Of a stretch of DNA of 64,000 nucleotides, positions 25,407 to 39,111 are shown one piece after another. Location of the stretch: the NCBI GenBank assembly GCA_040954595.2, contig CM082597.2:9021778-9085777 (forward strand), given 5' to 3'. Under the pieces are notes generated by a model. That model saw only the letters and a list, made by a program, of their open reading frames with translations. It was not told the DNA's origin and did not search any database. Both the position numbers and the translations under genes were made by a program. Every line of letters starts with the position of its first letter. Positions within the stretch are counted from its first letter, which is position 1. The DNA is from Balanoglossus misakiensis (Eukaryota > Animalia > Hemichordata).

Positions 25407-27369
25407 CTGTTACAAATAAACAATAAGTTAGCTGCCAGTACACTCAATGATGTACGCGCAGAACGTCAACTGGTAAACTGTGCGCCTGTGTCTCTTCCCA
25501 TAGGAGTACATGGAGAATAGTTAGAAAACTCCCTTCTATTATTGTCATTTTCAGGAAATTTTACACATAGCTCCGACAAATCAAAATAAATTCACCACGG
25601 TCTATTTTGAGATAAACTTTGTTCAATATTGTATCCATAGGCAAACCATTGGTAGAAAATGCTGACCGTCAGCAGTTTTCTTCAATTATCGACTAAATTC
25701 ACGGCCTTGTTTAAAGTCGGAAACAAGTGCAGTGACCCAAAATGGATTTTCATTATACATACAAATCAGAAACGAAATTCCACGATTAAAAGAAATGACA
25801 ATACAAAACACCGTTTATGTTAATGTAAATGTGGATATATAGTGATGCAACGTTCAACCGCACACACCTTCCATCCCGCATGTAGACACGAGAGCGAAAA
25901 CTCGCCAAACTGAAAAATCGGTCTCTACCATTTATTCATTTTGGGCGAGTTTTTACTCTCATATCATACAAGCAGGATGGAAGTTGTGTGTGGTTGAACG
26001 TTCATTCACTACATATACACATGCCCATTAATATAAACGGTGTCTTGTATCAAACATTATTAATAGAAAAGGGCGACGGGAGAGAGAGTTTGCCCCTTTA
26101 AGGCGACATGATGCATGAAGTGGCGAGAGATAAACGCGACTGACCACCGCATTAAACACTGTCAAGCAAGGCACTTCAAATGCCAATTGTTTAAGTGTGT
26201 ACTAAGTAATAGCTTCATGTACCATGTCCTGGGGGGGGGGGAGGGGTCAAATCACAACAGTTGGACATGTACGAATATGAAGAGACGATATCAGTTTTTT
26301 CATGTCTTCCTTTAGTAAACAATCTTTTTTGAACTTTGTATAGAATTCATTGAACTTTACTTTAGCTTATGAACTCTCATTTGCACATCGTCATCTTGAA
26401 ATTGTGTCGACTTTATCATAAGGTTTTTATAACTCAACTAGGTCGCAAAACCTATTTAAGTTAGTGAGAATAGGACGTTCACCTTTTGGGTTGATGGCTA
26501 CAGACATTAATCCTGACTCATACACATGTTGCAGCCAGTATACTCTGCAGACATTGGACACAATAGTTTTACTAACCATTGAATTTTATTGGACCATCAA
26601 GTTTATTGACCCATGACGTTCATATAGATTGTATGACACGACTGACGCTATAATCGGTCCATACCTTCGGCGAGCCAAGTGTTTTATAACATCATAAGAT
26701 ATTAATACCTATCACCCAGTCAAACGATTTCAAGTTATACAATTTCCACGCCAATAGGACGCCTTTAGGTGGAAATGCAACCAGGTATCCTGAATAGGAA
26801 AATATTCCGGGTATCTGTCAAGTTTAGTCCCATATTTAGGGGACCAAGAGCCCTCAGGCGCTTGGTCCCCTTCTGTTATTGCTGGAGTTTGTCTTCTTTC
26901 TTCTTGAGTCGTTTTTTTGCGCCCGTTTTTCTCTGAAATTCCGGCAGGTGCGCCTTCCAAATTTGGCACGGTGGTTGGGGCCCATAGTACTGGTGCACCA
27001 GCCCTTTGAATTTGTAATTAGTCACGTGACTTTGTTGCTATAATCGAGCGAAATTTTCAAATTGACCTAATTTGCACGTTAATGGGGGCATGTACATTCT
27101 TTTCGCGATTTTTGTAGACCATGTGGCCAAAATCCCCTGTGCCAAATTTCAAGGTCCTAGGCCACGTCGATTTTGAGAAGAAGATTTTTGTAATATTTTT
27201 TCGCTTTTTTTGGTGGGCTGAGGACGGACACTGGGGCATCGGACTTTGACCGTCATTACGTTATGTTGTGGAGATCTCATTAGCAGGCTACTCACTTCTG
27301 GCGGGTTGCAGTAGTCCTTGGAAAATCGGCTGAAATACGTAAACAGACCAGTGATTATTTTCCACTGAA

Positions 27370-30300
27370 TGAATTTTGGGACAACACATTATCGGAGTTC
27401 AGGCTGTGTTAGGGCGTTTTATTGAATTACGCTGAGTTTGGATTGACTACTGTGTTACCACTGAAATTTCTCATAGCAATGTTCTTTCAATTTCGAGTCT
27501 TTGCAATGTTGTTGACTCCGACCATATTCCTGTTTCAATAGAGGTTCATTTCAACACTTCTGCTGATGAAAGCTTCAGCAGTAGTTCCTTCAAGCAATGT
27601 AATTTTCGAGTTGATTGGAAAAAATTGTAACAGCAGAATATATCCGCCTACACCGGTTGTACCAAAGCCAAGATTGATAAGATTAATTTATCCGAAGAGT
27701 TATTCTGCACTAATGTGAACTGTACAGACCCTTCGCATTTACAGGCAATTGATACTTGTTATAGTAGTATTGTGGACGCATTGAATTGTGCTGCAAAAGA
27801 TACCATTAGACGTAAGTTTCACCAGAAAGTTCATGTTGTGCCTGGCTGGAACGATTTTGTAAAAGAAAGTCACGACTATGCCCGTTCCATGTTTTTATTA
27901 TGGGTTAATGTGGGTTAACCTAAACAAGGCCCGCTTTTTGAAACCATGAAATCTTCCAGAGCTCGTTTTTAGTATGCTTTACGTGCTTGTAAAAAGATTG
28001 AGAATCAAAATAGGGCTGACAAGATGGCTGATAATTTACGCTGCCACAAACAGAACGACTTCTGGGAGGAAGTCAGAAAGCAAAGTAGCAGAAAAACGCC
28101 GCTTTCTGACACTGTAGGTGGAGCGACTGGTGAGAGTGAAATTGCAATTATGTGGCACAAGCATTTCAGTGATATTTTGAATTCTGTCCAGGCTCAGACT
28201 GGTAAAAATGACATCGAGGAGAAAATGAAGTATGTTAAATTTTCTTCTGATATGTATGTTTCTGAAGACGAAGTAATTTCTGCTATACATAAGTTACCTG
28301 ACGGTAAGACAGCTGGCATTGACAATATTTTAGCTGAGCACCTCAAATTCTCAGACTCCTTTATTTTACCCTTTTTGACTTGTTGTATTAATGCAATGAT
28401 TGTTCATGGTTACCTGCCAACTGAGGCTATCAATGTTAATTTAGTTCCAATTATTAAGGATAAAACTAAGCTTTGTAGTGATGCCAGTAACTACCGGCCG
28501 ATAGCTCTAGCAACTGTTTTCTCTAAAGTTTTTGAGCATATTTTACTTTCTCGTTGTGAGGAGTTTCTTACCTCTCATTATTTACAATTTGGTTTCAAGC
28601 GAGAACATTCAACTGACCTGTGTTTATTTGCATTTAAAGAAATCATTAGCTACTACACCAGCAATGGAAGACCAGTGTTTACTTGTTTTCTGGATGCTTC
28701 AAAAGCTTTTGACAGAGTTAATCACTTTAAACTGGTTATAATTAACAAGCACATCGACAGGAATGTTCCCTTGTATGCTGTACGAATTTTATATTAATGG
28801 TACAGAAATCAATTGTTTACTGTGTTGTGGGGTAATGAACCCTCAGAGTTGTTTTCTGTTTCTAACGGTGTAAGACAAGGGGGGGTACTCTCTCCCTATC
28901 TTTTTAATGTCTACATTGATGATATTATCAATGCACTCTGTAAAGCCAAAGTTGGCTGTACCATGTGTGGTGTCAGCGCTAACACTTTAGGTTACGCTGA
29001 CGACATGACTCTACTCAGTCCAAGTATTAAGGGTCTACGCCGTCTTCTTAGAATTTGTGAAATTTATGGCAAGGATTATGATATCATTTATAATTCTAGT
29101 AAAACTGTGTGCATGCTTTTTAATGGGAAGAATATGAGCGTTCAAAGAATTCCTTCGGTTAAACTTAATGACATCACTTTAAAGTTTGTACCTGTACACA
29201 CCTATCTGGGCCATGTTATATCTTGTGATGGTTGTGATAATGAAGATATTGAACGACAGAGAAGAGCATTTTGTGTAAGAGCAAACATGCTATTGAGACA
29301 TTTTCAACATTGTAGTCAAGATGTGAAGAAAGTTTTATTTTTGGCATATTGTAGTAATATTTACTGTTGCAGTTTGTGGGCATCCTTTAAAGTTAAACCG
29401 ATGAAAAAATTTAAAACTATGTACAATAATGTTTGCAGAAGATTTCTCGGTCTTCCGCCATTTTGCTGTGCATCGGGTATGTTTGCTACAAACCATGTAC
29501 ATGTATTGTCACTTGGTGAAGTTTTTAGACGCAATATGTACAGTTTTAAGATGGGTCCCTGGGATCTTTTTGCTCGTTGCTGTGGGCCTTTATAGGACAT
29601 TACACCCCGATTTGGACTAAGCCGTTTTCAGAGTCTAACAAGGGGCTGGTAACTAGTTGAAAATCTGCACGATTGTGTGCACACCCCCTGTCCGAGTATG
29701 TTTACGGCAGCTACCACCCGGCCATAGGCCGCCACGCTAATACGGCAAAGCAGCGGTCAGCGATAGCGTGCGCGTCCTGTAACCACAGTAACTGGATCGA
29801 ACGCTAAAAATCCAATGTTTTGTACACAGAGATTTTGTACCGTTCACGAAAATCCCTAAGGCTTTTTTCATAGGCCACGTACGCCAGTCAAATTTGACCT
29901 GCTTGTTGAGAACGCACTTCCGCACAGTGTGACGGATCGTTTTTTCGGTTTTCGTCGTGCTAAGAAGCGATACCGGTGGAAGAGTGCGTCCAAAAACACC
30001 CAAAATCGATGACTTTTTCAGGTGTGGTACGGGTATGCTGAAATCTTAGGATACAACGATAATATTCGAAAACAAAATCCGTCACGATCTTCCCTGGTTC
30101 AAGCAACTAATGAATACGTATCAAGTTCGTTTTTGAGGTCACGGAATAAAAAGCCTTAGGCTTTTGAAATTTGACCTAGCTAATTTTCATATCAATGGCG
30201 TCAGGGGGCGCGCGCTCACAATCGTGCAGATTTTCAACTAGTTACCAGCCCCTTGTTAGACTCTGAAAACGGCTTAGTCCAAATCGGGGTGTAATGTCCT

Positions 30301-30570
30301 ATAAAGGCCCATAGCAACGAGCAAAAAGATCCCAGGGACCCATCTTAAGCGTAGACTCGAAAATTCTTCTAATGTTTTACTTGATGCGATCTGTTCATCA
30401 GATAGAGCGACTGACAGCATATTTTTCAAACATTGGCGAAAGCAATTGTATATCATGTAAGTTTTTTTTTGTGTGTGTCTCAGTGTCAGATTATTATTAT
30501 TGTTTTTTTTTCTTCTCTCTTTTGGGTATATGGACTTTTTTTAAAGTCTGAAATAAAGAATTGTTATTAT
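27370..30570 (+). mobile_element. 5'-truncated, decayed non-LTR retrotransposon (APE-RT; RTEX-like, tentative)
   Basis: APE remnant WIDY...SDHIPV, PGWN motif, RT motifs NYRPIAL, QFGF, FLDASKAFDRV, GVRQGGVLSPYLF, YADD. In-frame stops at 27916, ~27970 and 28795. The ORF ends at TAA 30458-30460, followed by AATAAA at ~30552. Confidence 0.92.
29550..30344. mobile_element. 795-bp non-autonomous DNA transposon with ~128-bp TIRs and TTAA TSD (Kolobok-like)
   Basis: TTAA|GATGGGTCCCTGGGATC...GATCCCAGGGACCCATC|TTAA. Removing it restores the LINE frame MYSFKRRLENSSN. Confidence 0.93.
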
Positions 30571-31454
30571 TTGTTAGCTGTTGCCATTCAAATGTGTCTA
30601 CGCAAACCCGGCTACACTGGCAGTGGGCTTTGACTCTAAGTCGCTAATGTTGTGGGAGGTTTCATTAGCATTGTAGTCACATGTAGTGGAAAGTAGTTTG
30701 GGAAATTGCCTGAAATACGTCAGCAGACCAGTGATTTTCTTGCACGAAGGGAGTATGGTACCAGCAATAATCAGAGATCAGGCTTCGTTGCCGTTCAAAA
30801 GTTCCTACTTCAGTCGTGATGTTGCAACTGGACGTTCAGTATGGGGGTCGGCCCGCAGGTGGCCGTGTGGGTTATCAGGTCGCCCGTAACGGCACGCAGC
30901 TACATGCAGCTGTATGGGACCAAAATAATACACCCGATTCGGGGGTCACCTGTGACACCTGCGTAACTCAATAATTATGTGCATGCGTAATTGTGGGGTC
31001 AATGAAAGGGGTGGTAGCGTGGTATTTGTTGCACATGGATCAATATGAAGTCCGATTTTCCCGTCAAGTTGTGGGCGACCTTATGTGACCTTTCACCTAC
31101 TTTTGCTTAGTGAGCATCTACAGAAGATGCATGCAGCTTTGGCTTGGGGGGGGGGGGCATATACGGATGGGACCATAATGATATACCAAAGGCGGGGTCA
31201 CCTGTTGCACCTGCCTAAGTCATTGATTTTGTACATTTAATTGGACACTAACCAACAGGGCGATAGGTGTGGTTTTTGTTCCACAGGGACGAATGTAAGT
31301 GTCAGTTGGTTTTTGCCCAAATGTATAAGGTGATTTTGATGACCTCTGTCATACAGTGCCATATCTCATCCCGTTGTACAGGTGCAGCTTTGGTATTTGG
31401 AGGGATGAAACTATCATGAAATGCCAAATACAGGGGGATACCTTTGTCACCTGC

Positions 31455-34400
31455 CATGATTTTTTTCAAAAATCGACGAAATTTTGAGATTTTGCAAAGT
31501 CGAAAATTTGTCATTTTTTTATGATTTTCACCCGTCTTTTTTCAAAAATCGACGAAATTTTGAGATTTTGCAAAAGAGGAAAATTTGTCATTTTTTGATG
31601 ATTTTCAACAATTTTTTTAAAAAATCGACGAAAATTTGAGATTTTGCAGTAAAAAATTTGTAATTTTTTGATGATTTTCACAGATGATTTTTTTCAAAAT
31701 TGACGAAATTTTGAGATTTTGCAGTCGAAAATTTGTAATTTTTTGATGATTTTCCCCATGATTTTTTTCAAAAATCGACGAAATTTTGAGATTTTGCAAA
31801 GTCGAAAATTTGTCATTTTTTGATGATTTTCACCCATGATTTTCTTCAAAAATCGACGAAATTTTGAGATTTTGCAAAGTCGAAAATTTGTCATTTTTTG
31901 ATGATTTTCACCCAATGTTTTTTTTTCAAAAATGGACGAACCCATGATTTTTTTCAAAATCGACGAAATTTTGAGATTTTGCAAAGTCGAAAATTTGTCA
32001 TTGTCATGATGATTTTCAACCATGATTTTTTTCAAAAATTGACGAAATTTTGAGATTTTGCAGTCAAAAATTTGTCATTTTTTGATGATTTTCACCCATG
32101 ATTTTTTTTCACAAATCGACGAAATTTTGAGATTTTGCAGTCGTAAATTTGTCATTTTTTAATGATTTTCCTCCATGATTTTTTTTCAAAAATCGACGAA
32201 ATTTTGAGATTTTGCAAAGTCTAAAATTTGTCATTTTTTGATGATTTTCACCCATGTCTTTTTTCAAAAATCGACGAAATTTTGAGATTTTGCAAAGAGG
32301 AAAATTTGTCATTTTTTGATGATTTTCAACAATGATTTTTTTTCAAAAATCGACGAAATTTTGAGATTTTGCAGTCAAAAATTTGTCATTTTTTGATGAT
32401 TTTCAACAATTTTTTTAAAAAATCGACGAAATTTTGAGATTTTGTAAAGAGGAAAATTTGTCATTTTTTGATAATTTTCAACAATGATTTATTTCAAAAA
32501 TCGACGAAATTTTGAGATTTTGCAGTCGAAAATTTGTCATTTTTTGATGATTTTCCCCCATGATTTTTTTCAAAAATCGACGAAATTTTGAGATTTTGCA
32601 AAGTTGAAAATTTTTCAAAAATCGACGAAATTTATAGATTTTGCAAAGAGGAAAATTTGTCATTTTTTGATGATTTTCACCCGTTTTTTTTTCAAAAATC
32701 GACGAAATTTTGAGATTTTGCAGTCGAAAATTTGTCATTTTTTGATGATTTTCACCCTTGATTTTCTTCAAAAATCGACGAAATTTTGAGATTTTGCAAA
32801 GTCGAAAATTTGTCATTTTTTGATGATTTTCACCCATGATTTTTTTCAAAAATCGATCAAATTTTGAGATTTTGCAGGAAAAAATTGTCATTTTTTGATG
32901 ATTTTCACCCATGATTTTTTTCAAAATTGACGAAATTTTGAGATTTTGCAAAGTCGAAAATTTGTCATTTTTTGATCATTTTCCCCCATGATTTTTTTCA
33001 AAAATCGACGAAATTTTCAGATTTTGCAAAGTCGAAAATTTGTCATTTTTTCATGATTTTCACCCATGATTTTTTCAAAAATCGACGAAATTTTGAGATT
33101 TTGCAGTCGAAAATTTGTAATTTTTTGATGATTTTCCCCCATGATTTTTTTCAAAAATCGACGAAATTTTGAGATTTTGCAAAGTCGAAAATTTGTCATT
33201 TTTTGATGATTTTCACCCATGATTTTCTTCAAAAATCGACGAAATTTTGAGATTTTGCAAAGTCGAAAATTTGTCATTTTTTGATGATTTTCACCCATGA
33301 TTTTTTTCAAAAATCGACGAAATTTTGAGATTTTGCAAAGTCGAAAATTTGTCATTTTTTCATGATTTTCACCCATGATTTTTTCAAAAATCGATGAAAT
33401 TTTCAGATTTTGCAAAGTCGAAAATTTGTCATTTTTTGATGATTTTCACCCATGATTTTTTTCAAAATTGACGAAATTTTGAGATTGTGCAAAGTCAAAA
33501 ATTTGTCATTTTTTGATGATTTTCACCCATGATTTTTTTTCAAAAATCGACGAAATTTATAAATTTTGCAAAGAGGAAAATTTGTCATTTTTTGATGATT
33601 TTCACCCATGATTTTTTTCAAAATTGATGAAATTTTGAGTTTTTGCAGTCGAAAATTTGTCATTTTTTGATGATTTTCACCCATGATTTTTTCAAAATTG
33701 ACGAAATTTTGAAATTTTGCAGTCGAAAATTTGTCATTTTTTGATCATTTTCCCCCATGATTTTTTTCAAAAATCGACGAAAATTTGAGATTTTGCAAAG
33801 TCGAAAATTTGTCATTTTTTGATGATTTTCACCCATGATTTTTCTCAAAATCGACGAAATTTTCAGATTTTGCAAAGTCGAAAATTTGTCATTTTTTGAT
33901 GATTTTCACCCATGATTTTTTTCAAAATTGACAAAATTTTGAGATTTTGCAAAGTCAAAAATTTGTCATTTTTTGATGATTTTCAACAATTTTTTTTAAA
34001 AAATCGACGAAAATTTGAGATTTTTCAGTCAAAAATTTGTCATTTTTTGATGATTTTCCCCCATGATTTTTTTCAAAAATCGACGAAATTTTGAGATTTT
34101 GCAAAGTTGAAAATTTTTCAAAAATCGACGAAATTTATAGATTTTGCAAAGAGGAAAATTTGTCATTTTTTGATGATTTTCACCCATGATTTTTTTCAAA
34201 ATTGACGAAATTTTGAGTTTTTGCAGTCGAAAATTTGTCATTTTTTGATCATTTTCCCCATGATTTTTTTCAAAAATCGACGAAATTTTGAGATTTTGCA
34301 AAGTCGAAAATTTGTAATTTTTTGATGATTTTCCCCCATGATTTTTTTCAAAAATCGACGAAATTTTGAGATTTTGCAAAGTCGAAAATTTGTCATTTTT

Positions 34401-37340
34401 TGATGATTTTCACCCATGATTTTCTTCAAAAATCGACGAAATTTTGAGATTTTGCAAAGTCGAAAATTTGTCATTTTTTGATGATTTTCACCCATGATTT
34501 TTTTCAAAAATCGACGAAATTTTGAGATTTTGCAAAGTCGAAAATTTGTCATTTTTTGATGATTTTCACCCATGATTTTTTTCAAAAATCGACGAAATTT
34601 TGAGATTTTGCGTCACCCATGATTTTTTTTCAAAAATCGACGAAATTTTGAGATTTTGCAAAGTCGAAAATTTGTCATTTTTTGATGATTTTCACCCATG
34701 ATTTTTTTCAAAAATCGACGAAATGTTGAGATTTTGCAAAGTCGAAAATTTTGTCATTTTTTGATGATTTTCAACCATGATTTTTTTTCAAAAATCGACG
34801 AAAATTTGAGATTTTGCAAAGATGAAAATTTGTCATTTTTGATGATTTTTACCCATAATTTTTTTTCAGAAATGGACGAAATTTTGAGATTTTGCAAAGT
34901 CGATATGTGTCATTTTTTGATGATTTTCACCCGTTTTTTTTCAAAATTTGTCATTTTTTCATGATTTTCACCCATGATTTTTTTCAAAAATCGACGAAAT
35001 TTTGAGATTTTGCAAAGTCGAAAATTTGTCATTTTTTGATGATTTTCACCCATGATTTTTTTCAAAAATCGACGAAATTTTGAGATTTTGCAAAGTCGAA
35101 AATGTGTCATTTTTTGATGATTTTCACCCATGTTTTTTTTTAAAAAATCGACGAACCTAAGATTTTTTTCAAAATCGACGAAATTTTGTGATTTTGCAAA
35201 GTCGAAAATTTTGTCATTTTTTGATGATTTTCAACCATGATTTTTTTTCAAAAATCGACGAAATTTTGAGATTTTGCAAAGTCGAAAATTTTGTCATTTT
35301 TTGATGATTTTCAACCATGATTTTTTTTCAAAAATCGACGAAAATTTGAGATTTTGCAAAGATGAAAATTTGTCATTTTTGATGATTTTTACCCATAATT
35401 TTTTTTCAGAAATGGACGAAATTTTGAGATTTTGCAAAGTCGAAAATGTGTCATTTTTTGATGATTTTCACCCGTTTTTTTTTCAAAATTTGTCATTTTT
35501 TCATGATTTTCACCCATGATTTTTTTCAAAAATCGACGAAATTTTGAGATTTTGCAAAGTCGAAAATTTGTCATTTTTTGATGATTTTCACCCATGATTT
35601 TTTTCAAAAATCGACGAAATTTTGAGATTTTGCAAAGTCGAAAATGTGTCATTTTTTGATGATTTTCACCCATGTTTTTTTTTTAAAAATCGACGAACCT
35701 ATGATTTTTTTCAAAATCGACGAAATTTTGTGATTTTGCAAAGTCGAAAATTTTGTCATTTTTTGATGATTTTCAACCATGATTTTTTTTCAAAAATCGA
35801 CGAAATTTTGAGATTTTGCAAAATCGAAAATTTGTCATTTTTTGATGATTTTCCCCCAATGTTTTTTTTCAAAATCGACGAAATTTTGAGATTTTGCAAA
35901 GTCGAAAATTTGTCATTTTTTGATGATTTTCCCCCATGATTTTTTTTCAAAAATGGACGAAATTTTCAGATTTTGCAAAGACGAAAATTTGTCATTTTTT
36001 GATGATTTTCACCCATGATTTTTTTTCAAAAATCGACGAAATTTTGAGATTTTGCAAAGTCGAAAATGTGTCATTTTTTGATGATTTTCACCCGTTTTTT
36101 TTCAAAATTTGTCATTTTTGGATGATTTTCACCCATGATTTTTTTTCAAAAATCGACGAAATGTTGAGATTTTGCAAAGTCGAAAATTTTGTCATTTTTT
36201 GATGATTTTCAACCATGATTTTTTTCAAAAATCGACTAAATGTTGAGATTTTGCAAAGTCGAAAATGTGTCATTTTTTGATGATTTTCACCCGTTTTTTT
36301 TTCAAAATTTGTCATTTTTTCATGATTTTCACCCATGATTTTTTTCAAAAATCGACGAAATTTTGAGATTTTGCAAAGAGGAAAATTTGTCATTTTTTCA
36401 TGATTTACCCCCATGATTTTTTTCAAAAATCGACGAAAATTTGAGATTTTGCAAAGACGAAAATTTGTCATTTTTGATGATTTTTACCCATGATTTTTTT
36501 TCAAAAATGGACGAAATTTTGAGATTTTGCAAAGACGAAAATTTGACATTTTTTGATGATTTTCACCAATGATTTTTTTTCAAAAAACGACGAAATTTTG
36601 AGATTTTGCAGAGGAAAATGTGTCATTTTTTGATGATTTTCACCCGTTTTTTTTTTCAAAATTTGTCATTTTTTGATGATTTTCTCCCATGATTTTTTTC
36701 AAAAATTGACGAAATTTTGAGATTTTGCAAAGTCGAAAATTTGTCATTTTTTGATGATTTTCACCCATGATTTTTTTCAAAAATCGACGAAATTTTGAGA
36801 TTTTGCAAAGTCGAAAATTTGTCATTTTTTGATGATTTTCCCCCATGTTTTTTTTTTAAATGGACGAAATTTTGAGATTTTGCAAAGACGAAAATTTGTT
36901 ATTTTTTGATGATTTTCACCCATGATTTTTTCAAAAATTGACGAAATTTTGAGATTTTGCAAAGTCGAAAATTTGTCATTTTTTGATGATTTTCACACAT
37001 GATTTTTTTCAAAAATCGACGAAATTGTGAGATTTTGCAAAGACGAAAATTTGTCATTTTTTGATGATTTTTACCCATGATTTTTTTTCAAAAATGGACG
37101 AAATTTTGAGGTTTTGCAAAGTCGAAAATTTGTTTTTTTTTGATGATTTTCACCCATGTCTTTTTTTAAAAATCGACGAAATTTTGAGATTTTGCAAAGA
37201 GGAAAATTTGTCATTTTTTCATGATTTTCCCCCATGATTTTTTTCAAAAATCGACGAAATTTTGAGATTTTGCAAAGTCGACGAAAATGTGTCATTTTTT
37301 GATGATTTTCAACCGTTTTTTTTCAAAATTTGTCATTTTT
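31455..37340. repeat. ~78-bp satellite, left arm
   Basis: Consensus AAAAATCGACGAAATTTTGAGATTTTGCAAAGTCGAAAATTTGTCATTTTTTGATGATTTTCACCCATGATTTTTTTC, with shortened variant monomers. Confidence 0.97.
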
Positions 37341-39066
37341 TAGGTCCCATTTGTATAGGTATATATACCATGGGACCTTATGGGATGGGTTGCGTCTGTA
37401 TGTATGTATGGATGTATGGATGGATGGATGGATGTATGTCTGTATGTCCGTCCACATCAAAAACTTGAAAACCGCTGCGCGTATCACCTCAATATTTGGT
37501 GTGTAGGTGCAGGCAGGGCTGTAGATGGGAGTTTGTCCAAACGAAGTTGCCAGGCCCAAAAATATGCAAATGAGCTTGTAAAATGTGAAATTGATCAAAA
37601 ATCTGTAAGTCAACGATTACTGGTCAGATTGCTTTGGAAATTGGTATGCATGTACCTGATGTCAACCTCACACCGACTAGTAAGTGTTCAGTTGTTATCA
37701 TGGATGTTTTATTTTTTATGAATTTGTTTGTCTTTGTCAATATTTTAGGTGAAGACAAATTTCTCTGAAAGTTATGGGTCGATTACTTTAAAATTTAGTA
37801 TGAAGCTTGCTGTACCGATCGGTAATTGAGGTCATTTTGGGGCAATTTGTTGCATAATTTGCATATTTGTAATTTTGGGGATATTTGGTCAAAATTCATT
37901 TTCTCTAAAACAGCTTGTTATATTCCTTAGAAATTTGGTAGGCATGTTTCTGGGGGTGACCAAGGAAAGGTGTTGTGAAACTATGGTGACATTTCCATAA
38001 TTGTGTTCTTGGTGCATTTTTGCAATTTTTTGCCAAAATTTGGTTTCTATGAAACCGCTTGGCAGATTGGTGTTCATGTTGTAGGATATTTCTTATGGTG
38101 ACTGAAGTGAGACATTGTACTGTTCTGTGGATATTTGCATATTTCTGGTTTTGCTTCTATGAACAAATCCAGTGCTTTGAAAGGTACTCTGTACATGAGG
38201 ACACTTTGGTTTGTCCATTTTAGCTGTTTGTCTTTCTGTTTTATTTTTTGTGTGTAATCTGTTCCATGAAACATCCAGTCCTAACTGCAATCTCTCCTAG
38301 AGTGTACATGAGCTGATTATGTCACAGTTATATTTGTGTATCGAAATAACCTTGGGGCAGTGTGGCACACACCATACTTATGTAGGTGTAGCAGCATTGG
38401 AACGACTGCTTGATTTTCTGTAGTTCAAAGAACACACAGGAATAGCTCGAAGCATGTGTTGGCATTATTGTAATAACTTTAGATCTGTTGCAATCTAAAC
38501 ATATTGTTTGCACTATTGCACTATATTATTGTTGACAAACCACTCAATGTAAGGCGGTGCCAGTATACCCTATGCTGTAATTGCGGATTCCAAATTCTTG
38601 GCTGTTATCTGCTGACTTTGAACCCCAAAGTATCAAGCTACTGTTGCCAGCAATGTGAGGGAGTACTGGCAGTGCCAGGAACAGCCTAATGAGCAGCCAC
38701 TTCCTGTCATTGTTTTGGAACAGCTAGAGACTTAGACAGCTCTTGAAGAATCACTTTTTATCAAATTGAAGGTAATTATATTACATATTCTATGTGTCAG
38801 CTGAAGTTTTTCATAGTGTTTCTCTATTTTGGAAGTCCTAGAACATGTGATGGTCATATTGATGTTGTAGTTTCAATTACTCCTATAAAAATGATGGAAA
38901 TATATGTTGTGTGAGTATGTTAAAATTCAGCAATTGTACATGTTACATTTTTGCCAGGCTTTTACTTGCATATTATCCAGGCAGTTTCAAGTTGTTTAAC
39001 CAATGATGTTAAAATGCTGTTATTGATATTATCACATTCTTGTCTTTTGCTACTAAGGTCAGAAGT

Positions 39067-39111
39067 ATGCCAAGGAAAAAGAATTGGAGAAAATCAGCTG
39101 TGAAAAAATCG
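39067..39111 (+). CDS. Predicted first coding exon of the Helentron transposase
   Basis: ATG...MPRKKNWRKSAVKKS|GTATGT, phase 0, joins in frame to the acceptor TCTTTTTTATTCCTAAACAG|40231. Confidence 0.7.

Larger units (their letters stand above)
26836..31455 (+). mobile_element. DINE/HINE-type element, interrupted by a LINE and running directly into the 78-bp satellite
   Basis: 5' TTT-AGGGGACCAAG-N12-CTTGGTCCCCT followed by a TTC-rich stretch. Internal blocks (TAATTAGTCACGTGAC; GGGTCACCTGTGACACCTGC.TAACTCA) are shared with the HINEs at 52.4-55.4 kb. No 3' end seen. Confidence 0.7.

Noticed and set aside
26480-26560. Possible signal-peptide exon of the pseudogene
   Set aside because: A donor-like site exists but the frames tested contain stops; not supportable.
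27260-30745. ~100-bp direct repeats flanking the LINE as a target-site duplication
   Set aside because: Too long, too diverged and not abutting the LINE 3' tail; better explained as internal subrepeats of the surrounding HINE.
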